Notes under the pieces: model-generated
Databases searched by the model: none
Seen by the model: only the letters and a program-made list of their open reading frames with translations
What the model was told of the DNA's origin: nothing
Assembly (NCBI GenBank): GCA_051652765.1
Contig: JBOFUV010000143.1
Span: 1-32,063, forward strand
Direction: 5' to 3'
Source: Microcoleaceae cyanobacterium
GTDB lineage: Bacteria > Cyanobacteriota > Cyanobacteriia > Cyanobacteriales > Microcoleaceae
Length of the DNA stretch: 32,063 nt
Shown: positions 18,208 to 27,727 of the stretch, piece after piece
How positions within the stretch are numbered: the stretch's first letter is position 1
Layout: the number at the start of each line of letters is the position of its first letter
Made by a program: the position numbers and the translations under genes

Positions 18208-19764
18208 TCAAGGCTGACAGAGTTGTTTGTGTTCTTCAAGACTCAGACCCAGACTAGGACTTTGAGCGGATTGATTTCCGGGTGGGGCGCTAGAGACAGG
18301 ACTAGAAAAGTTTCCCTTTTGGTAGCTAGCAATTTGTTCGGGAGTCAGCAAGTCCATGAAATCGGCTAACTCCCGATAGGTGACGCAGCGAACCTCTGCT
18401 AACCCACAAACTGATTCTGCAAAGCGAAACAAGGCGTTCCAATAGGCTCCGCCATTCCAGGCTGAGAAATGATGTCCAATGTGAACGGGAGCCCGGTTGC
18501 CGTCGTAGTTACTTTTAAAATAGTTGAGATAAGTTTGGAACGTATCCTCCTCGTACTGCTTGGCGTTGGCGGCATTAGGTCTGGCTCTGGAATGAGCCAT
18601 ATAAAAGTTGTAATCCATTGACAAAGTGTTCTTGCGCGTTAAGGCCGTTTTGAGGCTGACTAAAGGAAAGTTCCAAACCCCATTTTGTTTTTCTGGCCAA
18701 TTGCCTGCTTGATCTTCCTTGCTGGTGTCATACCGAAATTCTTGCTTTTGCAAGGTTTTGTATAGACCCGCACTTTTGCCTAGCTCTGGAGCCCGAAATC
18801 CTTCGATTTCATCACGGTCAAAAATCAGGGAGCCTGATAAGCCGTTAATTTTGTGAGACTCAAAAATAAACTGATCAAAATAGTCAAATTCCTTTGTCCA
18901 GTCAGCCTCGCTCCACTTCTGACCGTTGAAGTGCCCCACGGCATGGGACGCAATCTCATGACCCTCTTGATGGGCTAAATTCAATTGTTCTAAACGTTGC
19001 TGCACCTCCTCAGCCGAACCGCCCCAACCAATGGCTGACCGCCCTTTGCCCTTGCCCGCAGGGGCATTATAAAGGTTGCGATGTTCTCGACTCACAAAGT
19101 AAACCCCACTAATAAAATAGGTGAAGTGAACAGAAGTTCCCTGTTGCTTCATCGCTTTGGTGAAGTTGCGGGATTTATTCCAAGCCTCGATGGATTCAGA
19201 CCCGTCAAACGCTAGTAGAACAAATTGTGGGGGTTTACGAGTGGGGACTGGCAACATTCCTTGACTGCGTAATACCTGATGAAACACATCGGCATCCCAT
19301 CGGGAAGACTGGCAGGAGGTTCCGCCTCCCAGGTTCTCACAGGCCGTGACTAATTTCTGCGGAAAGGGGCCAAGAACATTGCGTCCTTCTATGCAATACC
19401 CAGTCAATGAATTCAACCGCGAACCATCGGGGCAGCGTTCTGTTCCGTAGGCTTTTAGAAAGAGGGCTTCCGACCATTCAGTTGTATCGCAAGAGCTACC
19501 CCCACCCCAATCTCGACACTTTTGCACCATTCTTCGGCTAATTGGCCCCAGGGCAGTTTCACCATTCGAACAAAAGTACCCGCCGTTCTCGCTAATCGGC
19601 TTCAGTTCAAACTGAGGGGGAGTGAGCGGTTGATTTTGAACAAGGGTAGAGGGATTCGGGACAGACTGGGTCGAAAGGTTAAGCCGAGTGTGACAGGCTG
19701 AGATCCCGATCAATACATTCATCAAGAGAACGCCACAACACAGAGGCTTGAATGGTCTGAACAT
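18208..19764 (-). CDS. Polysaccharide deacetylase-family lipoprotein with N-terminal Cys-rich repeats (ORF open to 19800)
   Basis: Lipobox-like ISAC; VLLAFDG, HEIASHAVGH, GFRAPEL, YDTS. Confidence 0.85.
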   Translation of the reverse strand: MFRPFKPLCCGVLLMNVLIGISACHTRLNLSTQSVPNPSTLVQNQPLTPPQFELKPISENGGYFCSNGETALGPISRRMVQKCRDWGGGSSCDTTEWSEALFLKAYGTERCPDGSRLNSLTGYCIEGRNVLGPFPQKLVTACENLGGGTSCQSSRWDADVFHQVLRSQGMLPVPTRKPPQFVLLAFDGSESIEAWNKSRNFTKAMKQQGTSVHFTYFISGVYFVSREHRNLYNAPAGKGKGRSAIGWGGSAEEVQQRLEQLNLAHQEGHEIASHAVGHFNGQKWSEADWTKEFDYFDQFIFESHKINGLSGSLIFDRDEIEGFRAPELGKSAGLYKTLQKQEFRYDTSKEDQAGNWPEKQNGVWNFPLVSLKTALTRKNTLSMDYNFYMAHSRARPNAANAKQYEEDTFQTYLNYFKSNYDGNRAPVHIGHHFSAWNGGAYWNALFRFAESVCGLAEVRCVTYRELADFMDLLTPEQIASYQKGNFSSPVSSAPPGNQSAQSPSLGLSLEEHKQLCQP

Positions 19765-20105
19765 AATGCATTCTCGTTTAACAATTGCTTCAGAAATCAC
19801 CTCTTACTCTATAACAATCTGGGCCACAGGTTATCAGCCTTTCCGGATGTTAGATAATTGCTCTGTATCGTAGATTAGTAAACCCCAATTTCAAGGGTGT
19901 ACAATCACGCCTAATACAGGTTTAGCGGGTGTTCAAGGAGTGCTACTTTAAAAGTAAAAGAGTAGTGCTGAAATGCTGTAAGACTCCTCTGCCTAGAGTG
20001 TCTCTCAGGCTAAGTTTTACAGCCACGGATCAGAAACTTTTAAAGGGAATATTCAGGGATTCTTAATTCGTAATCAAAATACATTCATTTCAGTAGGAGG
20101 TTCAA

Positions 20106-20354
20106 ATGAAAACCAAGCTGTTGCATTACAGTTTTTGTCTCAGTAGCTCGTTAGCATTACTTGCCACAGCACATCCAGGTTTAGCAGAAGAATTAGTCAA
20201 TTTGCCCAGCAAAGATAGACATTTTCTCACCCAAACGAGTGCGTTCAAAGGGCAACCGTGCCAGCAGGATCATTCTTATGGATATGGAAGAAGTCCGCTG
20301 AATCCAAGCTACCCAGCCCAGAGTGATGACGAACTCGTGCCCCCAAGACGATAA
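20106..20354 (+). CDS. Small secreted hypothetical protein
   Basis: AGGAGG RBS, signal peptide ending HPGLA-EE, 82 aa. Confidence 0.7.
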   Translation: MKTKLLHYSFCLSSSLALLATAHPGLAEELVNLPSKDRHFLTQTSAFKGQPCQQDHSYGYGRSPLNPSYPAQSDDELVPPRR

Positions 20355-20379
20355 CTGAGTAACGCCAAAAAACCTTACC

Positions 20380-20454
20380 CGGAGATATTCTCAACAACTT
20401 GAAACTCTCAATTTCTGAAACCCTCGAGACTCTGACGAACAGAGAATATCTCCG
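20380..20454. repeat. 13-bp inverted repeat between convergent genes
   Basis: CGGAGATATTCTC (20380-20392) / GAGAATATCTCCG (20442-20454). Confidence 0.6.
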
Positions 20455-20486
20455 TAAACGCTACAGTTTGAATAGTGATTAAATTA

Positions 20487-23400
20487 TTAATTCCAGGGCC
20501 AGGGATTATCCTTCATCTTTTGACAGAGGTTTTGATCCTCAGACTTTGGATTTCCATTATTTCTTACATTATATTTTAAGTAATCTCCAATTTGCTGGCA
20601 AGCCGTTTCAATCAGCTTATCCACACTCTCTATTTCTTCTCTTTTGAACCGAGTTAGATCTTTCCAAATTCTGACTTGATTTGCTGAATCAATTGCCGCC
20701 AATTCTCCTTTAGAGTTGAAACCAACCCACTCTATCAAATCTGAGCCTTCATGCAGAGTCGCAAGGAAGACTCCCTTTTTATCCCAAATTTTAATTGTAC
20801 CGTCTGCACTTGCAGAAGCCAAAAGTTCGCCATCGGGGCTAAAGCTAATCTTGTAAATTACTCCTTTATGCTGGCCAATAGTTGGAGATAATTGTACTTT
20901 TTCTTCCAATTGGGTTCCTACAATTCTCCAAAACTTTATAGAGTAATCGGCCATTGCGGTTGCAATTAACGTATTATCTTGGGGATTAAAACTGACTGAA
21001 GAGAATCTTTCATCTGACTCTAACTTTGCAATTCGAGTCCCATCTCGTCGCCAAACCAACAAGATATTTTCTCCATTTGGAGAATTACTTGCTGAAACCA
21101 AGGTTTGCCCGTCTTGGCTGAAGTCAACATCCACTACAGGGCTTTTGTGCGGAATCATGGTGAGTAGCTTCCCCTCTACAGTCCACAACTTGACTGTGCC
21201 ATCTTTACTCGCGGCAGCAAGGATATTAGAGGAAGTGATACTTCCCTGTTCTGAATTAGTTTTTGAGCTGAATTCTGAATCAGTTTTTCCAGGACTAAAC
21301 AGAACTTTTGTAATCGCAGCTTTATGACCTCTTAAAGTGCGGATCGGCTTACCATTTTGTTTCCAAAGCTTGATAGTACCATCTTCAAGTCCTGAGGCAA
21401 TCACTTGACCATCAGAACTGAAGGAGATACTGTTAACCCACTCTGTTTGTCCAGGTAATTCAGAATGTTCTGTAACTTTTTCAGGGTTCCAAAGGCTAAT
21501 AATATTATTCTCAACTGTACTTGTTGAAGCAATCAGATTTCCATTTGGACTGAAGGTTGCTCCCTTTCCTGAAACGATATACCCAGGTTGTACAACAACA
21601 GTTGACAAAGCTGTATCTAAACTCCAAAGCCGAACGCTTTTATCTACACCTGCAGATACCAACATTTCATTCTTTTGTTGCTGATTAACTTGTTGTTGAT
21701 TAATTTGTTGCTGATTAACTTGTTGTTGACTAGTCCTTGGTATGAACTTAACCTGATTGACTATTGCTCGATGACCGGATAGAGCCAGAATAAATCTTCC
21801 ATCCTTTGTCCAGATTCTGATTTGTCCATCATTACTAGCTGTTGCAATGCGAGTACCTGTTGCATTAAAAACTACACTATTCACTTGGGTCATTTGGGCT
21901 TTCCCATTGGCCTTTATATTTCCAATTCCAATAGTTTTTGGAGGAATAATTTTGGATAAATCCCCATTCAATTGCCACAATTTCACCGTCCCGTCATCAC
22001 TCGAAGAGGCAAGAGTTTGACCATCTGGACTAAAATTGACACTGTTCACGCCGCCCTGATGCGCCGTTAAAGAGTTCAGTAATTTTCCCTCTAAAGTCCA
22101 TAACTTAACAGTTTTATCTTTACTGGCAGAGGCAATCATTCGACCATCTGGACTAAAACTGACCCCGTATACTATATCAGTGTGACCGATTAGGGTTGTG
22201 ATTAACTTTTTATTGCTATGATCGCCATCCCATAGTCTTACTGTTTTGTCCGCACTGGCAGAGGCAATCATTTGACCATTTGGACTGAAGCTGACCCATC
22301 TTACTTCATCATCATGTTCAGGAGAAATCCAGATTGGGTTGCTCTCCCTTAAGTTCCAAAGTCTGATTTTTTTGTCCTTGCCTGCTGAAGCAATTACTAG
22401 ATTTTCAGGGTTTTGATCAGGGCTAAAACTAACGCATCGAACTATATCATCATGCTCTAAAATCATCGGTTCTCCAGCAGAATCAGTGTATGGAGAACCA
22501 TCAATATTCCAAACTTTAACGGTTGCATCAGCACTCGCTGAAGCAATGAGTTTACCATCCGAACTTGCACTCACACTAGTAACGCTAGCCCTATGATATT
22601 TTAAGCGATTTCGTTCGGGAGTGAAATGAACGGCCCTCCAAAGATGATTGCGGGTTTCCTCCTCAGATCCAGTATCAATGTTTTGATTTTGTAGTTGTTT
22701 ACTTGCCCTCAGAATCGTGACAAAAGCTGAAAGCTGATCGTCCTCAATTTGTTGTAATAACTGATAGTTTGCATTCAGTTTAGCAAGATTTGTTTGTCGT
22801 TTACTCTCTTTAACATACTGCCACTGAAGTCCAGCAAATCCGGCCAAGGCAGCCATAGCCAAACTAAAAAATAATGCTCCATAGGTAATCCGTTTTTGTA
22901 AACGATCTTGCCTCTGTCTGAATTCCCTTAAATCTCTCAGAATTTTATCTCCCTGGCGCTGACGAATGACTGTAACGAGGTAGTCATGAACCAGTTGATA
23001 TCGTGGTGAAGGAACTTGTTTTAATAGCGTAACGACCCCCGATTTAACAAAAATGTCGAGAATTAAATCTAGAGTTTCTAGCTTGGTTTCAGGAGACTCC
23101 GCTAAAACTTTTAGTTCTCGGTCGAGATCAACTGAGGTTTTAATCGGGCGATTCTTTTTTTCATCTGTGAGTAGATAGAGAACAACTTCGGCAACTTGCT
23201 GATTCTCTTTACCACAGTTTTTAATCACATCTTCCAGATATCGATTAACCAAAACAAATTTTGGTTTTAGGGATTCATTAAAGTTTGGATCTTTCTCAAG
23301 TTTGAAGTTGAAATTTTTATTCAAATTACTTGGGAGAATTTTTGAGAGGGTTCTTGAGAACGTTTTTGAAAGATTCCCAAATAACTCTTGAAAGGGCAGC

Positions 23401-25724
23401 AGTAAAATTGATGATGAGTTTTGATGAGATTGACGATCTAAATCTCTGACCAGTCGTTGATATCGAGATAAAGTTGTAATCCTTTCAGCTTGGAGTTGTG
23501 CCCCAACAACTTGTAATTCAATTGGTCGAACTTCGCCCAGTTCCTCTGACAAATCTTCAACTAAGCGACTAATCAATTTATCTTCAAGTTGAAAGGCAGT
23601 ATCAGACGTAAGTGCTCGAATTAAATCCTTAGCTTCCTCGGGATTAAAATTTCCTAGGTAATAAAGGATCTTCTGGTCAAGAATGTTATTATTAATAATA
23701 TCTAAGTTAACCAAGCGATCATTGCATTCTAATAAAAAATGGAGATAGTCTTCCCGCAGGGTTAAAACAACTTTCACATAGGGAATATCTAGACATTGTT
23801 TCAGAAAATCATAGAATAACTTTCTGTGTTCTGGTTTTAGGCAATCAAAAAATAGCTCTTCAAATTGATCAAATATCAGAACAGTCAAGAGGTTGTTCTC
23901 GGAGTTTTTTCGGAGTTGTTTAAGCAAATTTTCGACTGAATTTAGAGGGTCACTGATTAAACCGAGTTGAACATCCTTGAGAGCCTGTTTCAGACGCACT
24001 CCTAGCTCCTTAACCCAATTCGTATAAACCCGCTGCAAAACAGGTAAGACGTTACGGGTATCAATCGGCTGTTCCCTCAGGGCGGGCACAAGTCCAGCTT
24101 GAAGAATTGAACTTTTTCCAACGCCTGACTGACCATGAATAATGATTAACTTATAGTCATCCCGTTTAATTCTTAAAAGTAGGCAATTCAGATCATTTAT
24201 TCGGCGCGAGGCTAGGATTTCTTTAGCAATTGTTCCTGAGCTTGATGCCTGTGGAAGGGCCGGATTTTTAACCTGTTGTCGAGGTCTTAATCGAGCTGCT
24301 CCCACAAAGGTTCTCAGGCCAAATTGACTTTCAACAACTTGAGATTCACGCTTGCTTTCAAATGCAGCTAGATAGTTTTTCTGTCCATAAAAAGCTTCCC
24401 CCAAATGTTTGAGAATACCAATATACAGCAGAGGATCATAATAGGGTTTTGTTGTTTCCTTAGCCTCTTCCAATGTCTCAATTGCACTTTGAGTTTGGCC
24501 TAGAAGATATTGAGCTTTTCCCAAGGAAAACAAATACCAACCTTGATGAAAGGACTGCTCCCAATCGAGAAAGGCTTGCTCTTGAGGGGAGGGGTCAAGA
24601 AACATTTTTTCGGCAACACTTAAAGCCATCAATGCATTTTGAGCAAGGATTTTGGCTTTGCTTGGCGATGATCGAGCTAACTCTACCTCTGCTAGAAAAC
24701 CATAGGTTCGAGCCTGCCTGAATAAATCAGGGTGATTCTGAAGTAGTTTTAAGGCATTTTTTGCTTCAACTTCAAGTTCGTCCCACTCTTCTAAGCGATG
24801 GAGCGCTTCACAGAGAAAGTTAATAAATTTAGCGGCACATTTGGGTTGATTGGCTGCTTTAAAAGCTTGAATTGATTTGCGGAAATATTCTTTTGCTTTA
24901 TTCCCAGCGACTTGACGTTCAGCATAGTGCTGTACTGCGTAGTTCAACCACCACAGTCCTAAATAGAATAGTAAATGCCCTTGTCGTCCTTGATTACCAA
25001 CTTGTTGCCAAAGTTTCAAGCTGCGCTCGTAATATTCTCGAGCACTTTTTTGGGTATTATCTGAAGTTCGACCTAGAACAAATTCGAGCCCTGCTGATAG
25101 CTCAAGACTCAGTTTTATTCCTCGATTTTCAATTTCTTTACACGCTGCCAGAAGTTCAATGCAATGAGGCGATCCTTGAGCTAAGCCCAGGGTTATATTG
25201 TCTAAAAAGATATTCTCTCGAGACTTTAGAACTTCAGCAAAAATAGCATCAACTGTAGTTTGAATGAGTTGGATGAGGTCTGCTGTTGAAACTTTAAACT
25301 GTACGCTAGTCGCTCGATTATGAAAGTCTGGTGCTAATCGAATCATCTTGTGAAGAACTGCATCTGTGACCCATACAATCAGAGGAAAAGGAAAGTCATA
25401 AAATTCTTCTCCAATCAGTTTGGTCGCAGTTAATAATGATTCAAGATCAACAATAGTCTCTAAACCCAGCACCATTAAAGCCTGAGGATAATCTTGTCGA
25501 ACTGCTTCAGTAATTGTTGTATAAAGGGTTTTAGTTGTTGGATCTAGGGTGAGTTCTCGAATTGGAATTGGACAATCTATATGTAACTGATAAATAATCT
25601 GAGTTCTGACTTTCTCATAACTACAACAGGCAAGGACTAGGGAAAATTCTCCCTGTGATAGTTTGATGGTTCGGGTCAATTGTTTCAGGGCACTTTGATT
25701 TTGAAGGGTTGGGGCATCATCCAT
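20487..25724 (-). CDS. Multidomain STAND-type protein: degenerate NTPase-like N-terminus, TPR-like repeats, nSTAND1-like NTPase, TM helix, WD40 propellers
   Basis: Walker A GQSGVGKSS, LIFDQFEE, LREDY, TM ITYGALFFSLAMAALAGFAGL, more than 12 FSPDG..ASAS.D.TVKLW-type repeats. ATG 25724 overlaps the upstream stop (ORF open to 25742). Confidence 0.9.
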   Translation of the reverse strand: MDDAPTLQNQSALKQLTRTIKLSQGEFSLVLACCSYEKVRTQIIYQLHIDCPIPIRELTLDPTTKTLYTTITEAVRQDYPQALMVLGLETIVDLESLLTATKLIGEEFYDFPFPLIVWVTDAVLHKMIRLAPDFHNRATSVQFKVSTADLIQLIQTTVDAIFAEVLKSRENIFLDNITLGLAQGSPHCIELLAACKEIENRGIKLSLELSAGLEFVLGRTSDNTQKSAREYYERSLKLWQQVGNQGRQGHLLFYLGLWWLNYAVQHYAERQVAGNKAKEYFRKSIQAFKAANQPKCAAKFINFLCEALHRLEEWDELEVEAKNALKLLQNHPDLFRQARTYGFLAEVELARSSPSKAKILAQNALMALSVAEKMFLDPSPQEQAFLDWEQSFHQGWYLFSLGKAQYLLGQTQSAIETLEEAKETTKPYYDPLLYIGILKHLGEAFYGQKNYLAAFESKRESQVVESQFGLRTFVGAARLRPRQQVKNPALPQASSSGTIAKEILASRRINDLNCLLLRIKRDDYKLIIIHGQSGVGKSSILQAGLVPALREQPIDTRNVLPVLQRVYTNWVKELGVRLKQALKDVQLGLISDPLNSVENLLKQLRKNSENNLLTVLIFDQFEELFFDCLKPEHRKLFYDFLKQCLDIPYVKVVLTLREDYLHFLLECNDRLVNLDIINNNILDQKILYYLGNFNPEEAKDLIRALTSDTAFQLEDKLISRLVEDLSEELGEVRPIELQVVGAQLQAERITTLSRYQRLVRDLDRQSHQNSSSILLLPFQELFGNLSKTFSRTLSKILPSNLNKNFNFKLEKDPNFNESLKPKFVLVNRYLEDVIKNCGKENQQVAEVVLYLLTDEKKNRPIKTSVDLDRELKVLAESPETKLETLDLILDIFVKSGVVTLLKQVPSPRYQLVHDYLVTVIRQRQGDKILRDLREFRQRQDRLQKRITYGALFFSLAMAALAGFAGLQWQYVKESKRQTNLAKLNANYQLLQQIEDDQLSAFVTILRASKQLQNQNIDTGSEEETRNHLWRAVHFTPERNRLKYHRASVTSVSASSDGKLIASASADATVKVWNIDGSPYTDSAGEPMILEHDDIVRCVSFSPDQNPENLVIASAGKDKKIRLWNLRESNPIWISPEHDDEVRWVSFSPNGQMIASASADKTVRLWDGDHSNKKLITTLIGHTDIVYGVSFSPDGRMIASASKDKTVKLWTLEGKLLNSLTAHQGGVNSVNFSPDGQTLASSSDDGTVKLWQLNGDLSKIIPPKTIGIGNIKANGKAQMTQVNSVVFNATGTRIATASNDGQIRIWTKDGRFILALSGHRAIVNQVKFIPRTSQQQVNQQQINQQQVNQQQKNEMLVSAGVDKSVRLWSLDTALSTVVVQPGYIVSGKGATFSPNGNLIASTSTVENNIISLWNPEKVTEHSELPGQTEWVNSISFSSDGQVIASGLEDGTIKLWKQNGKPIRTLRGHKAAITKVLFSPGKTDSEFSSKTNSEQGSITSSNILAAASKDGTVKLWTVEGKLLTMIPHKSPVVDVDFSQDGQTLVSASNSPNGENILLVWRRDGTRIAKLESDERFSSVSFNPQDNTLIATAMADYSIKFWRIVGTQLEEKVQLSPTIGQHKGVIYKISFSPDGELLASASADGTIKIWDKKGVFLATLHEGSDLIEWVGFNSKGELAAIDSANQVRIWKDLTRFKREEIESVDKLIETACQQIGDYLKYNVRNNGNPKSEDQNLCQKMKDNPWPWN
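21675..21729. repeat. In-frame 15-bp tandem repeat (QQQVN-type)
   Basis: TTGTTG(C/T)TGATTAA(C/T) x3 plus a partial copy. Confidence 0.85.
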
Positions 25725-27069
25725 CACGCAACTCCTGGGCATCCATTAAAATTGGATTGATATCAAACCAGCTTCCTTGAGAGTCATCTCGATATTCAAA
25801 TACAAATAAGCTTCTCAGTAGCGTTTGGTATTCATCTTCTCCTCGCACTGTTTTATGTTGAGAAACTTTCTTTAGGAGTAGCCATTCATTAGCAGTAATT
25901 GCTTTACTGAGTTCATTACGACGCTCACTAATTGCTCGCTCAATTAACTCATGAGAAAAGGGTGGATCATCTTTTTGAATGCAGTTTGACATCAAAACAA
26001 GTAAATTACGAACATGACCTCCACTGACTTGACAGAGTCGAGTTAGGGTTTGGGGAGTGTCAAATAGTTCTGGAATCAGGCTCGATCGCTTCTGATAATC
26101 TACTTCAGGGAAAGCCCGAGTTAAAATCAATTGGCTCAACAATCGAATCCCTTCTTTGCAGGGGTCACCATCTCGTTCCTGAACTCGCACCATAGGTAAC
26201 AATTTAGGAGCCGAACCAAAACGATTGACTAAGTATTCCTTATCGTTGGAAAATGTGAGAATCAACGGAATTGTATAAACGACGTGACACTTGAGTTGGT
26301 TTAACTGTTCTCCTCGATCTATAAACAGGTACTCGGGCTGGGCTCGATTGGAAGGTTTTGGAGTATTGTCCAGTCGGTCTAGGTTATCGATGATCACAAC
26401 TAGTCCTGCCATTCCTCGTTGCTTTAATTGTTGTTGGGCGGGAGCAAGCAGTTCTTGATTAATGGCTTCAATAATATTATTAACTCGGGGTTCTAAATGC
26501 TGTCTTAAAAGTGTTCGTACATCCCGACTACTTTTCGCTTTAGCTGTGATTTCACCAATGCCTAAAGCTAGGGAAAACGTTCCGTCTTCTAAGTTTCCAC
26601 CAAGGGTTCCTACCCCCGGCAATGGGACTCTTAGACCGGTGATATCTGCATTTAACAAATTGGCTGCGCCCTGGAGTAAATTCTGAAACCGATTGGGTTG
26701 CAGCCGAATTTGAACTTTCTCTAAGCTTTGGCTGACTTGATGCGCGATCGCCAACAAAATATCGCTGATATCAACATCTGCCATGTCCAAGTCTTGGGAA
26801 GACTCAAAATAAACCACATGAAACCCCAGACTTTCTAATTCAGTTTTGAGGCAGGACAGTTCTGTAGACTTGCCACAGCCAATATGACCTGTAAACAATT
26901 GACAGGTGGGCTCATTGGCTAGGAAACTAATCGTGCGGCGCAATTCCTTGATTACATGACTGCCCCGAACTTGAGAGAAATCAATGTAATACTGCTGATC
27001 CTCTGGCTTTGCCATATCTAGTTTGTAGGCTGGACTACACGCTTTAAAAAATTTGCCAAGATCAAGCAT
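25717..27069 (-). CDS. P-loop (AAA+/STAND-like) ATPase
   Basis: Walker A GHIGCGKST, Walker B VIIDNLDR, SGGHVR, C-terminal FEY...WFDINP. Confidence 0.9.
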   Translation of the reverse strand: MLDLGKFFKACSPAYKLDMAKPEDQQYYIDFSQVRGSHVIKELRRTISFLANEPTCQLFTGHIGCGKSTELSCLKTELESLGFHVVYFESSQDLDMADVDISDILLAIAHQVSQSLEKVQIRLQPNRFQNLLQGAANLLNADITGLRVPLPGVGTLGGNLEDGTFSLALGIGEITAKAKSSRDVRTLLRQHLEPRVNNIIEAINQELLAPAQQQLKQRGMAGLVVIIDNLDRLDNTPKPSNRAQPEYLFIDRGEQLNQLKCHVVYTIPLILTFSNDKEYLVNRFGSAPKLLPMVRVQERDGDPCKEGIRLLSQLILTRAFPEVDYQKRSSLIPELFDTPQTLTRLCQVSGGHVRNLLVLMSNCIQKDDPPFSHELIERAISERRNELSKAITANEWLLLKKVSQHKTVRGEDEYQTLLRSLFVFEYRDDSQGSWFDINPILMDAQELRDG

Positions 27070-27103
27070 TGTTTAATTTCTCCCTAAGCCCTCAACTTAC
27101 TTA

Positions 27104-27148
27104 AGATTATGCAGGTTTAGATGATGCAAGTTTAGATGATGCAGGTTA
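27104..27148. repeat. 15-bp tandem repeat x3 upstream of the ATPase
   Basis: AGATTATGCAGGTTT / AGATGATGCAAGTTT / AGATGATGCAGGTTA. Confidence 0.85.
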
Positions 27149-27518
27149 AGTGGGTCACCTCAAGTGAAATTCCCCTGTTTTGGATGGCTCAACCTTTAAT
27201 TATCATCTTAACAAGTTCCCAGCGTTGCCCTGTGACTGTTACTCTCTAGCCCAAAAGTTGCTACCAAGTTTCTTGAGTGGGTCAATCCAAAAGGCTGATG
27301 TTCTGGGCCTTAAGAAAATATGAGCATATAGCACGCAAGCTAAATCATCATTGTTTCGATCAATTTTACCTCCCCGATCTTGAATGATCCGTGCCATGGA
27401 CTCGGGGTCATTCAACCAAAATGATTCTTCTACGTCCCAATTCATCATTTTTTTTAGCGTAATGCCCCTCCTCATCTAATATCTTTCGTCTACAAAGCGT
27501 ATATGGCGCTTTCGGCAA

Positions 27519-27609
27519 ATAAATTGAGAACATAAATTCAGAACATAAGTCCAGAAGATAAATTCAGAACGTGAATTGAGAAAATAAACCCAGAACATAA
27601 ACTCAGATC
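27519..27609. repeat. 13-bp degenerate tandem repeat x7
   Basis: Consensus ATAAATTCAGAAC, units at 27519,27532,27545,27558,27571,27584,27597. Confidence 0.9.
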
Positions 27610-27666
27610 AGCCCCAATTGTCTGGTTCAGAAACCTTAACCAACCAAGTTAATGCTAGTTGCGGTC

Positions 27667-27705
27667 GTGAAACGTTAAGGTGAACTGTTAAAGTGAACCG
27701 TTACA
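27667..27705. repeat. 13-bp tandem repeat x3
   Basis: GTGAAACGTTAAG / GTGAACTGTTAAA / GTGAACCGTTACA. Confidence 0.8.
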
Positions 27706-27727
27706 GCCATTCCTTTTCGTCAATTCA

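Noticed and set aside
20106..20354. patX/patS call
   Set aside because: No RG(S/T)GR pentapeptide
27239..27475. 78-aa minus-strand ORF
   Set aside because: No recognisable motif or clear RBS; cannot be supported, though not excluded
27519..27609. CRISPR array
   Set aside because: Contiguous 13-bp units with no spacers, and no cas genes in the window
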